Origin: the human T2T-CHM13v2.0 reference genome, Homo sapiens
NCBI RefSeq assembly: GCF_009914755.1
Contig: NC_060935.1
Length of the DNA: 64,000 bases
Strand: one strand, 5' to 3'
A model generated the notes under the pieces. The model saw only the letters and a program-made list of their open reading frames with translations. It made no database searches and was not told where the DNA came from. Of the stretch, positions 29,891-43,690 are shown piece by piece; position 1 is the stretch's first letter; every line of letters starts with the position of its first letter. Made by a program: the position numbers and the translations under genes.

Positions 29891-30814
29891 TATGCTCTAA
29901 GTTCCTCAAGGATAGAAACAACATCCTATTTGTCCTTGTATTTCCAGCCATTGGCATACTCCCTAGCATATATGGGAATTCAACCACTTTTCTCAAAGAG
30001 AAGTGAAGGGAAGAGTAAATGATGAATGAATGCCCTGTGTGGCTCTCAGATTTGAACAGTCATGTCTCATCAGTCTGTGCTTCAGATTAGATATTCATTT
30101 TAAATGGAGCCAAACAACATACATGATTGTAGGCAGTTAAATTTTAGAGATATGACCTAATACCAAAGTCCTAGTTCCTACCACTGGGTAGGTGGTTAAC
30201 ACACAGTTGTTGAAAGATTTTGTTTTGAGACTTTTGCTAGTCTATTTTCCATTATGTGTTATAATATACTCAGAATAATTGGATTTCTGTTCTGATAACT
30301 GAGATTTTAGTTAATCCTTTGGTTTGACAAACTGTTGATGACTCTAGTCCTTTTGTATAGGGAGGATTTGTCATTCTCTTTCCAAAATTGTCACCTGGCC
30401 CCAAGAGTACCTAGCCCAGTGGTTGAGTTTCTTTGAACTGCTGCCTGACTCCCTTGCTGCCTGACTGCAACCTACTCTTGCACATCTTATTCCTGTGATA
30501 TACTCCTCAGCCTTTCCTGAAGGTAACTGCTGACCTGAAACCATTGTCTATTCCTATTTCTTCATAATATCATGTCCTAACTCCCTCTCCTTTCATTTAT
30601 AGCCCACCTTCAGATTCCAGATCCTGTTACCTGAATCTTTCCACTGTTGTGGAATATCATCATATTTGACTGCTTTATTCATTTCCAGTTTGTGGACCAG
30701 AGTACAATGTGCCTTGCAAATAATGAAATGGTAGGAAATCATTTCTCTAATTTAATTTGGAAGCTGAGATTTTAAACTAATTATGTCCCATTCTTCTTTT
30801 CCAGTTGTGCTTGG

Positions 30815-31000
30815 AATTTGGAGTCAGCCAGAAATGAAGTTGAAACTTGGCTGTACTATTAACACCTAAAAATTACTTAACTCCTCTAAATACCACTTTC
30901 ATCTGCAAAATGGGAACATTAGTATTTCTTCACTAGATTGGTACCAGATGGTGTGCTTTGCACACTGCCAGGTACATAGTAAATTCTTGATAAGTGGTAG
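30815..31000 (+). mobile_element. MIR (3' end interrupted by the MSTA LTR)
   Basis: ttggagtcagcc...catctgcaaaatggga...ctgccaggtacatagtaa. Confidence 0.65.
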
Positions 31001-31421
31001 TGTATTAGACTATTCTAGCATTGCTATAAAGTACCTGTGACTGGGTAATTCATAAAGAAAAGAGGTTTAATTGGCTCATGGTTCCACAGGATGTATAGGA
31101 AGCATGATGCTGGCATCTTCTCAGCTTCTGGAGAGACCTCAGGAAACTTACAGTCATGGTGGAAGGTGAAGGGGGAACAGGCCTCTCACAATGGCAGAAC
31201 AGGAGCAAGAGAGAGAAAGCGAGGTGCCACACAGTTTTAAACAGCCAGATCTCACAAAAGTCATTCTCTATTGTGAGGACAGCACCAAGGGGATGCTGCT
31301 AAACCACTGAGGGAAAACATACTCCCATGATGCAATCACCTCCCACCTGGCCCCACCTCCAATACTGAGGATTACAATTCAACGTGAGATTTGGGTGGGG
31401 ACAAAGATTCAAACTATGTCA
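31001..31421 (-). mobile_element. MSTA-like MaLR solo LTR
   Basis: tgtattag...aaagaaaagaggtttaattggctca...gagatttgggtggggaca...aaactatgtca; 5-bp TSD GGTAG/GGTAC. Confidence 0.92.
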
Positions 31422-32189
31422 GGTACTATTGTTAGGACTCTGTATGGATCCTCTCCAGGAGTCCATCATCTAACATATGGCAGTAAAGTGTTAGGAAACA
31501 GTGCGGGCATTTTTCAGTTTCTTCTAAGATAAGAATGCAACTGTATCATCCCTAGCACATAACTCCTCTTGCCTAAAAATAGAACACCTTCTGCTTTGTG
31601 TCAGGAACTATCATTATTCCATTAGCAGCTTTGCTGAAAGCCACCGAGCGCTCAGCAGAACCACTGTGTCTGCAGCTTGCTCTTTGACCCCCTAAAGGAC
31701 CACAGGGGCTGAGTTTCATTCCACTCTCTGGTACATCAGGCCACACATCCCTCACAGCTCTCCTTGTCACTTACAGCTCATACCTTATTAATATATGTAT
31801 CTCTCTTTGCTAGATAGCAGGAAATCATAGAAACCACCAAGGTCATGCTTATGATAACTGATCAGTCCATTCATTCATTTCAAGGAAGTGACTAATTACA
31901 AGAAGCTTACAAACATACTGAAAAATAATTTATGCTGGTTAGGAAATCTGCATTCTGGTTTCTCCCTGTGAAAAGAGAAACAGATGACAGTTCAGGACAG
32001 CCATGGGCTAGTAGTTTGTGAACAGTTGAATAAATATTAATATTTGGCCCTGATACAAAGTCTAATTCAAAAGGGAGCTGCTTCCATTTTTTTCCCTATA
32101 ACTTTAGGAATTATGGATTTGACTAAGTGAAAAAAATAATGTAAAGCTTAACAATGGTGAGGTAAAAATGATGATAAAATAACTACAGA

Positions 32190-32410
32190 TTTACATTTGC
32201 TGAGTATTCACTATATATCATCCATTATATTAAGGGAATAAGGTATACTAAGTCATTTAATTTGCAGAAAAGTTAAGAAGTAAATATTTGTATTCCACTA
32301 TATAGAAGGGGGAAACTAATTCTGAGAGGTTGGGCATTATGTCTAATGCCCCCAGTGAATGGGTGGCAGAGCCAGGATCCTAGCACTGATTGTCTGGCTC
32401 CAGAGCCAAG
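32190..32410 (-). mobile_element. MIR
   Basis: gggtggcagagccaggatcc...tgtctggctccagagcc. Confidence 0.6.
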
Positions 32411-32421
32411 CATGGGCTCAA

Positions 32422-32600
32422 GACCAGCAAATGTTTTCTATAAAAGGCCACCTAGTTGATATTTTAGTCTTTGTGGGCCATATTTGTCACAACCACTAAT
32501 TCTACTGGGATAATGCAAAAACAGACACAGACAATATGTAAATGAGTGAGGGTGGCCATATTCCAATAAAACTTCAAAGAAACAGGTGTGTAGCATACTC
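32422..32600. mobile_element. MER58A-like
   Basis: cagcaaatgttttctataaaaggcc...agacaatatgtaaatgagtgagggtggccatattccaataaaactt. Confidence 0.75.
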
Positions 32601-33104
32601 CTGCTCAACACAATGAGTGCGCTGAACTTTATCAAAGTAGCCAGCAATCTCTTACAACTTTGAAACTAGATGGTCTTTGAATGAAGATTCTGCCTCCGCA
32701 TCACCTTATCAACCTTCTCCTTTGGCCCCAGGCAGTGGGATGAGCCTTGAAAGAAGAAGCTGTAATGTTTACTCTTGCTCCAAATGAAGCCAATGGAAAC
32801 TTGGCCCTTGACCAGCAGCCTTTCAGCCTGGACAAAGCTGGGTCAGAGTGAATGTATTTTTTCATCACCTCTCACCTTTGGGTTAACTCTTTTACATTTC
32901 CTAGCAACAAAAGAAGGGAAAATAAATGAATACAGTTCTTTCAAACTCAAATTCTTCTATGGCCACCCCAATAGGAAAGTGACAATTCTGACAAACTCTT
33001 TCACCTTGCTATTAGATACTTTACCAGAACTGAGTAATTAATTGATCACTATTTGTTACAGTGTCCTGCTTCCTCATGAAGTAATCAGTCATTACTAAGT
33101 AGAG

Positions 33105-33360
33105 AGGCTGTGTCATGCAGTGAATGGACTCATGAGCCAGACCACCCAGGTTCAAATCCTGGCTCTGACATTTGATGGCTATATGACCTTGGAAAACTTA
33201 ACTCATTTCTCTGTCTCCACCACATATCTGTAAAAGGAAGACAATTATTAAATTCACAGGGTTTGGTAAGAATTAAATGAATTGATATATGCATGCTAAG
33301 TGTTTGGAAAAGTGCCTGGTGCAGGAGAAACACACAATAAACACTAGCTATTTTTATTAA
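33105..33360 (+). mobile_element. MIR, near full length
   Basis: gagccagaccacccaggttcaaatcctggctctg...tgaccttgg...atctgtaaaagg...aagtgcctggtgc. Confidence 0.85.
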
Positions 33361-34101
33361 AGAATATGGGGGAAAGAATTCTTAATTTTGCCATTTTTTT
33401 AAGTAAGGAAATATTGATTGAGCTTATACTCTCAACAGCAGTTCTTCTGAATAAGACACAGCCCTGGCCCTTAAGGAGCTTAAAATCTAGTAGCCATTAT
33501 AGCTTTGAGAAATTTCAGGGTGATTTTAGAAAAATGATGTGCCAGTTGCATTAAAACATTGTAAGTATAATTGCCTTAATTCAGTTTATGTTCCTTGGTA
33601 TATATCAGAAGCATCTATCAAAAGTCTCATGTGTGCATTTCTGGAATACAGTGAGGAAAACATAAGATGGTGTATCTCAGGTGGAGAAAGAACTAGAATA
33701 TGATTCTGAAGTGAAATACGAAATCAAAAGCTATCAGAGAAAATACCAAGGAACTGCAATACATGATAATCTTTTACTTAGACTGTAGTTAAGGTCATGA
33801 AATTGTGGTAGCTTCATACCCTTCAATGGATTAAATTCCTTTATGATAATTTATAAGTGATATTCATCCCTAGGCGGAACTGGAATCTAGTAGTATCCAA
33901 AGCTTTTTCGTGTGACAGTGGATAAGAATTATGCTATTTACAATACATGTAACCTTGAGTAAGTATCATAATCTGTAAGTTGATTTTCTCATTTGTAAAA
34001 TAAGTATTGAAATAATAATGGCTGTCTCATTGCATTATTGTGCAATGTAAATGAGATAGCATATGTGAACTACCTAGCATGGAGCTAGTTATAGCATAAA
34101 C

Positions 34102-34401
34102 TTTTTTTTTTTTTTTTTTGAGACAGTCTCACTCTGTCACCCAGGCTGGAGTACAGTGGCGTGATCTTGGCTCACTGCAACCTCTGCCTCCCAGATTAAA
34201 GTGATTCTCTTATCTCAGCCTCCCAAATAGCTAGGTCTACAGGCACAAGCCACCAGGCCCCAGCTAATTTTTTGTGTTTTTAGTAGAGACGGGGTTTCGC
34301 CATGTTGGCCAGGCTGGTCTCGAACTCCTGACCTCAGGAGATCCACCTGCGTCGGCCTCCCAAAATGCTGAGATTGCAGGCACGAGCCACCGCGCCTGGC
34401 C
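34102..34401 (-). mobile_element. Alu, AluSx/Sz-like, inserted in a MIR (33930-34100)
   Basis: T18 tail and antisense dimer; degenerate TSD TAGCATAAACTT/TAGAATGAACCT. Confidence 0.95.
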
Positions 34402-34553
34402 TAGAATGAACCTTAAAAAAAAAGTGTTTATTATCTTTCCCCACAGAGCTCAGAAATGTCTACTATCTAGAGTCTTTATCACAATGGAGTATATCCTGAA
34501 TTTTTCAAGCCCCTTTAGTTCCTAAAGGGGGCATATTGAGACCCATTGGATAC

Positions 34554-35012
34554 TGTGGCAGCCTTGAAAACATGCTGCTCAGAGCTCTTGCTATGGGGAA
34601 TATAATTGATAGCCCCCAGAAGCTTCCCTTTTGAATTTTTTCCCCACATTCATGCCAAGGCTCCACCTTCTATGGGCCACTCTCAGCCAATGACTAAGCA
34701 AGATGAAAATACTAATGTAGGCCTACTCTGTGAGACACAGCATTCTTTTAACCAAAGTGCCTCTGGCTTGATGACGTCCATCAGCCTAGTCAACACTTTC
34801 TTTGAGCTATTATAGAGTCTCTAGACTGAGACTCTTCCTGTACTGTGCTCCTTCCTCACTCTCTCTTGCACAGGTGTTAAGCCTGCATGGTGGGATGAAG
34901 TCTCCTCTTCCTCCTCTGGCTCACCACCTGATCCTTCACAGATAGTTGCCCCAATGAATGCAGCTTAATTTCACCATATCATCTACTTCTTTTAGGATCC
35001 AAAATGATGCAG
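34554..35012 (+). mobile_element. LTR16A-like ERVL LTR
   Basis: tgtggcagcc...ccaaggctccacc...ctctcagccaatgactaagca...ctgatccttcacag...cccaatgaa. Confidence 0.65.
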
Positions 35013-36825
35013 ACACTCAGAATTTATTTATATAGGGTTTAACTGCCTTACCCTTATTCCTGGCTGTATTTTTCAAAATTTTTTTTTATCAATTATTCAA
35101 TATAAACCTACTCTACTGAACACATTATATAGAGTTTTCAAGACTATGATTTCTGCTCTAATTCCAAGTTAGATTCTCTTGTCTAACTAGTCAACTCTGC
35201 CAGAAGTCAGTGTTTCTACTGCTTTGATCAGCAATATCATTATTTCCCCTTACCCACACCCAACACAGTGTACTGTGAAAACTGGTACTTCTTTTGTAAC
35301 TTCCCATCGGCTGCCCCAGCTCTCTAATGAAGTTTTTCTGGGCCTCATGGTACCATTCAAAATGGTCTGTATAAATCATGTAATTGTCAGGAGATACTTG
35401 ATTTCTTAATGGTGCTTATTAAATGTGAGAACTATACAGACAAATCCTTTATTACTGGATTTAAGAAGGAACTTAAACATTAACTTTTCCAGTCATGACT
35501 TTTCACAGATTATGAGTCCAAGGACAAAGATACTAAGAGACTTTCTTGAGGTCAAGCACAGAATGGAAATGAGACCAAAAAAACCAAAAAAACAAAAAAA
35601 CAAAAAAACTGTGCTCCCAAAGAAACAAGAAGCCTAAATAGCAGATGCAGCAACTTTCTGAAGAGCTCCAGCACGCACAACTGAAGACAATAAAAAGGAA
35701 TTTCAAGATGTCATGTGGGGACAAGGGTTCCAAAAGAGAAAAGACTGGATGCTTTTTAGGAGATTTGTATAGAAAAGGAAAAAAAAACTGCTAATAAAAT
35801 TATGAGTAAGAATAGTAACCTGGACAATCAAGTGCTAAATAAATTGATGTTAGACATTAAGGGTTCTTGCTTGAATATTTGACTACAGGCTCAAATATAA
35901 CAATGAGTGTCCCGATAATCAACACATACAAATATAGCCATGTAGGCCTTCCAGGTAAGGAGAATGTAATTTATATGAAAGGACATTGTTTTTTTCCTAA
36001 CAATACAATCGGATAATTTATGTGTGAAACTGTTATCTTTTTCTATAAACTTAATAAATATCTTTTTTCTCCTAGAGGGAGAGTTATCTTTTTGTGTTAT
36101 GTACAGCTCTCTACTTCAACATTAACCATACATTAGCACCAGAAAATTTTCTTCCATGAGTGGAAAATTTGATTAATTTCTTGACTTTATATTGGTTATT
36201 TTCATTTCTTAGACCAATGATCTACAAACCCTAATGAGCATATCACACAGAGCTATCAGTAAAAATTTTGAGTATGCATTTCCCAAGAAATATTGATTTA
36301 TTTATAAGGTATACGCAAGTAGTATACTAGTTGAACATATTGTGAATACTACAATACATAAAGAAAAATTTATTTAGAGGAAGGATGAAATAAATATTAA
36401 TGAAAGCTCCAATATTTTGTTTTCTCCCTCATGGATCATTTTGAATAACCCACTTTTTAGACCACTGGTCTATTTTGTGAATGAAGAAATAAATATCTTC
36501 TATATTTAATCAAACCAAAATTCCATTTCATTTTCTTTGTATTCGCAATTCTATCAGGATGCATTCAAACCACTTTTTCTACTATCCTAGCTTTCACATT
36601 TCTTAGGTTATCCATATAGTCAATACTTCACAAAATCTCCTAGATCAAGGCTTACAAACAAGTTGACAATGGTAAAATTAAACCAATAAACATATTATGT
36701 ATGGACTAAACTCTGTTTCTTAACTATCTGAACTCTAAACTCTATAGGAGGCAAAAGTTCTCTCATTTACGTATTCCCTACCACTCTTTGTTATCTCATG
36801 CCTGTCCAACTTCACTCATTTACAT

Positions 36826-37335
36826 TGTGGCAGATTTAAAATAACAACAAATTATATGACACTCTTCCAAGCCAGAGGTAAGTTTATTGCTTCTCCCTTT
36901 GAATCTGAGTTAGCCCTGTGATTTGCTCTGACCAATATAATGCAGTGGGAAATGATGCTGTATAAACATATGATATATGTAACTTCTATTTTCACATATT
37001 TCCCCTTGAATTCCAGATGCCATTCTGTAGGAAGTCTAGGCCATATGGAGAGGCCATGTGGAGGATAAATGATGCACTACAATTAGTACCCCTGCTGAGC
37101 TCCTAGCTGATAGTCATTACCATTCCCAAAGCATTTGAGTAAGTAATCTTAGACATTCCAAGCGATTCAAGCCTCTGGATTATTACTGAAGTGGTTGACA
37201 ACACATGGCAGCAAAGGATCCACCTGCTGAGCCCAGTTCACCTACATAATTTTGAGTGAGAATAAATGGCTGTGATTGTTCTAAGCCAACAAGTTTTGGG
37301 GTGGTTTGTCACATGGCAATAGAGAACCAAAACAT
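36826..37335 (+). mobile_element. MLT1-family LTR (MLT1H/G-like)
   Basis: ctccctttgaatctgagttagccctgtgatttgctctgaccaat...ggagaggccatgtggagg...ttttggggtggtttgtcacatggcaatagagaaccaaaaca. Confidence 0.75.
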
Positions 37336-38141
37336 CTATTATCTTGAAATGGCCTGTGGATTGGAATATCTTCCCTATACAGATCGTTAATCCAGTTGGG
37401 TTTGTCTAGAATTGGGTTTCTCATCTGACTTTACATTTCTATTCTCCATATCTTTGCTTTCAATAGTTTTTCAAATGTTTTGTGCACCTATATAAATTCT
37501 AACCATCTTTCCAGGCAGAGGTAGTTAAAATTCCAGCTCCTGTATCCTAATTAAGTAATCATGTATGCAAATAGTAATAGCCACTAACTTGGGATTGTAA
37601 GGAAGATTGAAAGACATATTGTCTATATAGGGATTCACAGAGTGTCTGGCCCACAGACATGAAGATTATCTACTACTGAAACTTACTTCAAGCATTTAAA
37701 TAGCCTTTATCTTTATTCAACCTAATATTATTTAGTTGAGTGACTACCAATGTCCAGAATTCTGTTCTCAAAGATGTTAGTACATTCTTTTCTACCCCTT
37801 GGAAACCTGGCTCTAAATAGATCAATGAAGAGAGTTTCTATCAAAGAGCCAAAGCCCTTCCTTCAAAAGAGAAATATTTTGGTCAGAATAAGCCCAGTAA
37901 GTAATAGAAAGTCAAGGCATATTTCTCGAATTAATGAATAAATGAGCAAACCAGATGGAACAGCTGTACTCACCTGAAAATGGGGAAAAATTATTTCAGA
38001 TACCCTATGCTTTACAATGTGTTAGTGACACCTTATATTTTATTCAAAAATTAGATGATCATAAAATATCAGTTATTTGGGATATAATTCATGTTATATC
38101 ATCTTATAAAACATAATCCATAAATATGTTCAAATCAAAAT

Positions 38142-39571
38142 AAAGCTGGAGGCATCATGCTACTTGACTTCAAACTATACTACAAGGCTACAGTAACCAA
38201 CACAGCATGGTACTGGTATCAAAACAGATATACAGACCAATGGAACAGTACAGAGGCCTCAGAAATGACATCGTACATCTGCAACCATCTGATCTTTGAC
38301 AAATGTGACAAAAAAAAAAAAAAGAAATGGGGAAAGAATTCCCTTTTTAAAAAATTGTGCTGGGAAAACAGGCTAGCCATATGTAGAAAGCTGAAACTGG
38401 ATTCCTTCCTTACACCTTATACAAAAATTAACTCAAGATGGATTAAAGACTTAAATGTTAGACCTACAACCATAAAACCCTAGAAGAAAACCTAGGCAAT
38501 ACCATTCAGGACATAGGCATGGCCAAGGACTGCATGACTAAAACACCAAAAGCAATGGCAGCAAAAGCCAAAATTGACAAATGGGATCTAACTAAACTAA
38601 AGAGCTTCTGCACAGCAAAAGAAACTACCATCAGAGTGAAAAGGCAACCTACGGAATGTGAGAAAATTTTTGCAATCTACTCATCTGACAAAGGGCTAAT
38701 ATCCAGAATCTACAAAGAACTTAAATTTATAAGAAAAAAACAACTCCATCAAAAAGTAGGCAAAGAATATAAACAGACACTTCTCAAAAGAGGACATTTA
38801 TGCAGCCAACAGACATATGAAAAAATGCTCTTTATCACTGGTCATCAGAGAAATGCAAATCAAAACTACAATGAGATACCATCTCACACCAGTTAGAATG
38901 GCGATCATTAAAAAGTCAGGAAACAACAGGTACTGGTGAGGATGTGGAGAAATAGGAATGCTTTTACACTGTTGGTGGGAGTGTATACTAGTTCAACCAT
39001 TGTGGAAGACAGTGTGGCAATTCCTCAAGGATCTAGAAATAGAAATACCATTTGACCCAGCATTCCTAATACTGGGTATATACCCAAAGAATTATAAATC
39101 ATGCTACCATAAAGACACATGCACACGTATGTTTATTGCAGCACTATTCACAATAGCAAAGACTTGGAACCAACCCAAAAGTCCATCAACGATAGACTGG
39201 ATAAAGAAAACGTGGCACATATACACCATGGAATACTATGCACCTATAAAAGATGAATTCATGTCCTTTGCAGGGAGATAGATGAAGCTGGAAACCATCA
39301 TTCTCAGCAAAATATCACAAAGACAGAAAACCAAACACTGCATGTTCTCACTCATAAGTGGAAGTTGAAAAATGAGAACACATGGACACAGAGAGGGGAA
39401 CATCACACACTGGGGCCTGTTGGGGGGTTGGGGGCTAGGGGAGGGATAGCATTAGGAGAAATACCTAATGTAAATGACGAGTTGATGGGTGCAGCAAACC
39501 AACATGGCACATGTATACCTATGTAACAAACCTACACGTTGTGAACATGTTCCCTACAACTTAAAGTATAA
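38142..39571 (+). mobile_element. 5'-truncated L1 (L1PA6-like 3' end), no polyA tail
   Basis: Broken ORF2 C-terminal pieces and 3'UTR (ggggctagggg, gaaatacctaatgtaaatgacgagttgatg) ending cttaaagtataa. Confidence 0.93.
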
Positions 39572-42500
39572 ACATACCAAATTGTAAAGACCATCAATGC
39601 TAGGAAGAAACTGCATCAAATAACAGGCAAAATAACCAGCTAACATCATAATGACAGGAACAAATTCACACATAACAATATTAACCTTAAATGTAACTGG
39701 GCTAAATGCCCCAATTAAAAGACACAGACTGGCGAATTGGATAAAGAGTCATGACCCATTGGTGTGCTGTATTCAGGAGACCCATCTCACATGCAGAGAC
39801 ACACACAGGCTCAAAATAAAGGGATGGAGGAAGATCTATCAAGCAAATAGAAAGCCAAAAAAAAAAAAAAGCAGGGGTTGCGATCCTAGCCTCTGATAAA
39901 ACAGACTTTAAACCAACAAAGATCAAAAGAGACAAAGAAGGCCATTACATAATGGTACAGGGATCAATTCAACAAGAAGAGCTAACTATCCTAAATACAT
40001 ATGCACCCAATACAGGAGCACCCAGATTCATAAAGCAAGGCCTCAGAGACCTACAAAGAGACTTAGAATCCCACACAATAATGGGAGATTTTAACACCCC
40101 ACTGACAATATTAGACAGATCAACGAGACAGAAAGTTGACAAGGATATTCAGGAGTTGAGCTCAGCTATGCACCAAGTGGACCTAATAGACATCTACAGA
40201 ACTCTCCACCCCAAATCAACAGAATATACATTCTTCTCAGCAACACATCATACTTATTCCAAAATTGACCACGTAGTTGGAAGTAAAGCTCTCCTCAGCA
40301 AATGTAAAAGATCAAAAATCACCACAGTCTCTCAGACCACAGTGCAATCAAATTAGAACTCAGGATTAAGAATCTCACTCAAAATCGCACAACTACCTGG
40401 AAACTGAATGACCTGCTCCTGAATGACTACTGGGTAAATAACGGAATGAAGGCAGAAATAAAGATGTTCTTTGACACCAATGAGAACAAAGACATAATGT
40501 ACCAGAATCTCTGGGACACATTTAAAGCGGTGTGTAGAGGGAAATTTGTAATACTAAATGCCCACAAAAGTAAGCAGGAAAGATCTAAAATTCATACCCT
40601 AACATCACAATTAAAAGAACTAGAGAAGCAAGAGCAAACACATTCAAAAGCTAGCAGAAGGCAAGAAATAACTAAGATCAGAGCAGAACTGAAGGAGATA
40701 GAGACACACACACAAAAACACCCTTCAAAAAATCAATGAATACAAGGGCTGGTCTTTTGAAAAGATCAACAAAATAGACCACTAGCAAGACTAATAAGAA
40801 AAGAAAGAAGAATCAAATAGATGCAATAAAAAATGATAAAGTGGCTATCACCACTGATCCCACAGAAATACAAACTACCATCAGAGAATACTATAAACAC
40901 CTCTGTGCAAATAAACTAGAAAATCTAGAAGAAATGGATAAATTCCTGGACACATACACCCTCCAAACACTAAACCAGGAAGAAGTTGAATCAGTGAATA
41001 GACCAATAACAGCTCTGAAATTGAGGCAATAATAGACTACCAACCAAAAAAAGTCCAGGACCAGATGGATTCACAGCCGAATTCTACCAGAGGTACAAGG
41101 AGGAGCTGGTACTATTCCTTCTGAAACTATTCCAATCAATAGAAAAAGAGGGAATCCTCCGTAAGTCATTTTATGAGGCCAGCATCATCTTGGTACCAAA
41201 GCCTGGCAGAGACACAACAAAAAAAGAAAATATTAGACCAATATCCCTGATGAACATTGATGCAAAAGTCCTCAATAAAATACTAGCAAATCGAATCCAG
41301 CAGCATATCAAAGAGCTTATCCACCAAGATCAAGTTGGCTTCATCCCTGGGATGCAAGGCTGGTTCAACATAGGCAAATCAATAAACGTAATCCATCACA
41401 TAAACAGAACCGATGACAAAAACCACGTGATTATCTCAATAGATGCAGAAAAGGGCTTTGACAAAATTCAACAGCCTTTCATGCTAAAAACTCTCCATAA
41501 ATTAGGTATTGATGGAAAGTATCTCAAAATAGTAAGAGCTACTTATGAGAAACCCACAGCCAGTATCATACTGAATGGGCAAAAACTGGAACCATTCCCT
41601 CTGAAAACTGGAACAAGGCAGGGATGCCCTCTCTCACCACCCCTATTCAACATAGTGTTGGAAGTTCTGGCCAGGGCAATTAGGCAAGAGAAAGAAATAA
41701 ATCGTATTCAATTAGGAAAAGAGGAAGTCAAATTGTCCCTGTTTGCAGATGACATTATTATATATGTAGAAAACCCCATTGTCTCAGCCCAAAATCTCCT
41801 TAACCTGATAAGCAACTTCAGCAAAGCCTCAGGATACAAAATCAATGTAAAAAAATCACAAGCATTCTTATACACCAATAACAGACAAACAGAGAGCCAA
41901 ATCATGAGTGAACTCCCACTCACAACTGCTACAAAGAGAATAAAATACCTAGGAATCCAACTTACATGGCATGAGAAGGATCTCTTCAAGGAGAACTACA
42001 ACCACTGCTCAATGAAATAAAAGAGGACACAAATGGGAGAACATTCCATGCTCATGGGTAGGAAGAATCAATATCATGAAAATGGCCATACAGCCCAAGG
42101 TAATTTATAGATTCAATGCCACACCCATCAAGCTACCAATGACTTTCTTCACAGAATTGGAAAAAATTACTTTAAAGTTCATATGGAACCAAAAAAGAAC
42201 CTTCATTGCCAAGACAATCCTAAACAAAAAGAACAAAGCTGGAGATATCATGCTACCTGACTTCAAACTACACTACAAGGCTACAGTAACCAAAACAGCA
42301 TGACATTGCTACCAAAACAGAGATATAGACCAATGGAACAGTACAGAGGCCTCAGAAACAACACCACACATCTACAACCATCTGATCTTTGACAAGCCTG
42401 ACAAAAACAAGAAATGGTGAAAGGAGTCCCTATTTATAAATGGTGCTGGGAAAACTGGCTAGCCATATGTAGAAAGCTGAAACTGGATTCCTTCCTTACA

Positions 42501-43690
42501 CCTTATACAAAAATTAACTCAAGATGGATTAAAGACTTAAATGTTAGACCTAAAACCAGAAAAACCCTAGAAGAAAACCTAGGCAGTACCATTCAGGACA
42601 TAGGCATGGCCAAGGACTTCATGACTAAAACACTAAAAGCAATGGCAGCAAAAGCCAAAATAGACAAATGGGATCTAACTAAACTAAAGAGCTTCTGCAC
42701 AGCAAAAGAAACTACCATCAGAGTGAACAGGCAACCTACAGAATGCGAGAAAATTTTTGCAATCTATTCATCTGATAAAGGGCTAATATCCAGAATCAAC
42801 AAAGAACTTAAACAAATTTACAAGAAAAAAAATCAAACAACTCCATCAAAAAGTAGGCAAAGGATATAAACAGACACTTCTCAAAAGGAGACATTTATGC
42901 AGCCAAAAGACACTGAAAAAATGCTCATCATCACTGGTCATCAGAGAAATGCAAATCAAAACCACAATGAGATACCATCTCACACCAGTTAGAATGGCGA
43001 TCATTAAAAAGTCAGGAAACAATAGGTACTGGTGAAGATGTGGAGAAATAGGAACACTTTTACACTGTTGGTGGGACTGTAAACTAGTTCAACCACTGTG
43101 GAAGACAGTGTGGCAATTCCTCAAGGATCTGGAACAAGAAATACCATTTGACTCAGCAATTCCATTAGTGGGTATATACCTAAAGGATTATAAATCATGC
43201 TGCTATAAAGACACATGCACACGTATGTTCATTGTGGCACTATTCACAACAACAAAGACTTGGAACCAACACAAATGTCCATCAATGATAGACTGGATTA
43301 AGAAAATGTGGCACATATACACCATGAAATACTAGGCAGCCATAAAAAAGAATGAGTTCATGTCCTTTGCAGGGACATGGGTGAAGCTGGAAACCATCAT
43401 TCTGAGCAAACTATCGCAAGGACAGAAAACCAAACACTGCATGTTCTCACTCATAGTTAGGAATTGAACAATGAGAACACTTGTACACAGGACGGGGAAC
43501 ATCACACACTGGGGCCTGTCGTGGGGTGGGGTGATGGGGGAGGGATAGCATTAGGAGATATACCTAATGCTAAATGACGAGTTAATGGGTGCAGCACACC
43601 AACATGGCACATGTATACATATGTATCAAACCTGCACGTTGTGCACATGTACCCTAAAACTTAAAGTATAATAAAAAAAAAAGAAAAGAG
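39572..43690 (+). mobile_element. 5'-truncated L1, ~4.1 kb, from the last ORF1 codons through a disrupted ORF2 to polyA (L1PA4-6 mosaic)
   Basis: ORF1 stop, inter-ORF spacer, ORF2 ATG at 39651 (MTGTNSHITILTLNV, EN domain), RT ([16 protein letters not shown]), many frameshifts and stops, 3'UTR and A-tail. Confidence 0.95.

Noticed and set aside
39651-43335. Endonuclease plus reverse transcriptase ORF series as a novel retro-system
   Set aside because: Ordinary frameshifted LINE-1 ORF2; not a retron, DGR or group II intron.
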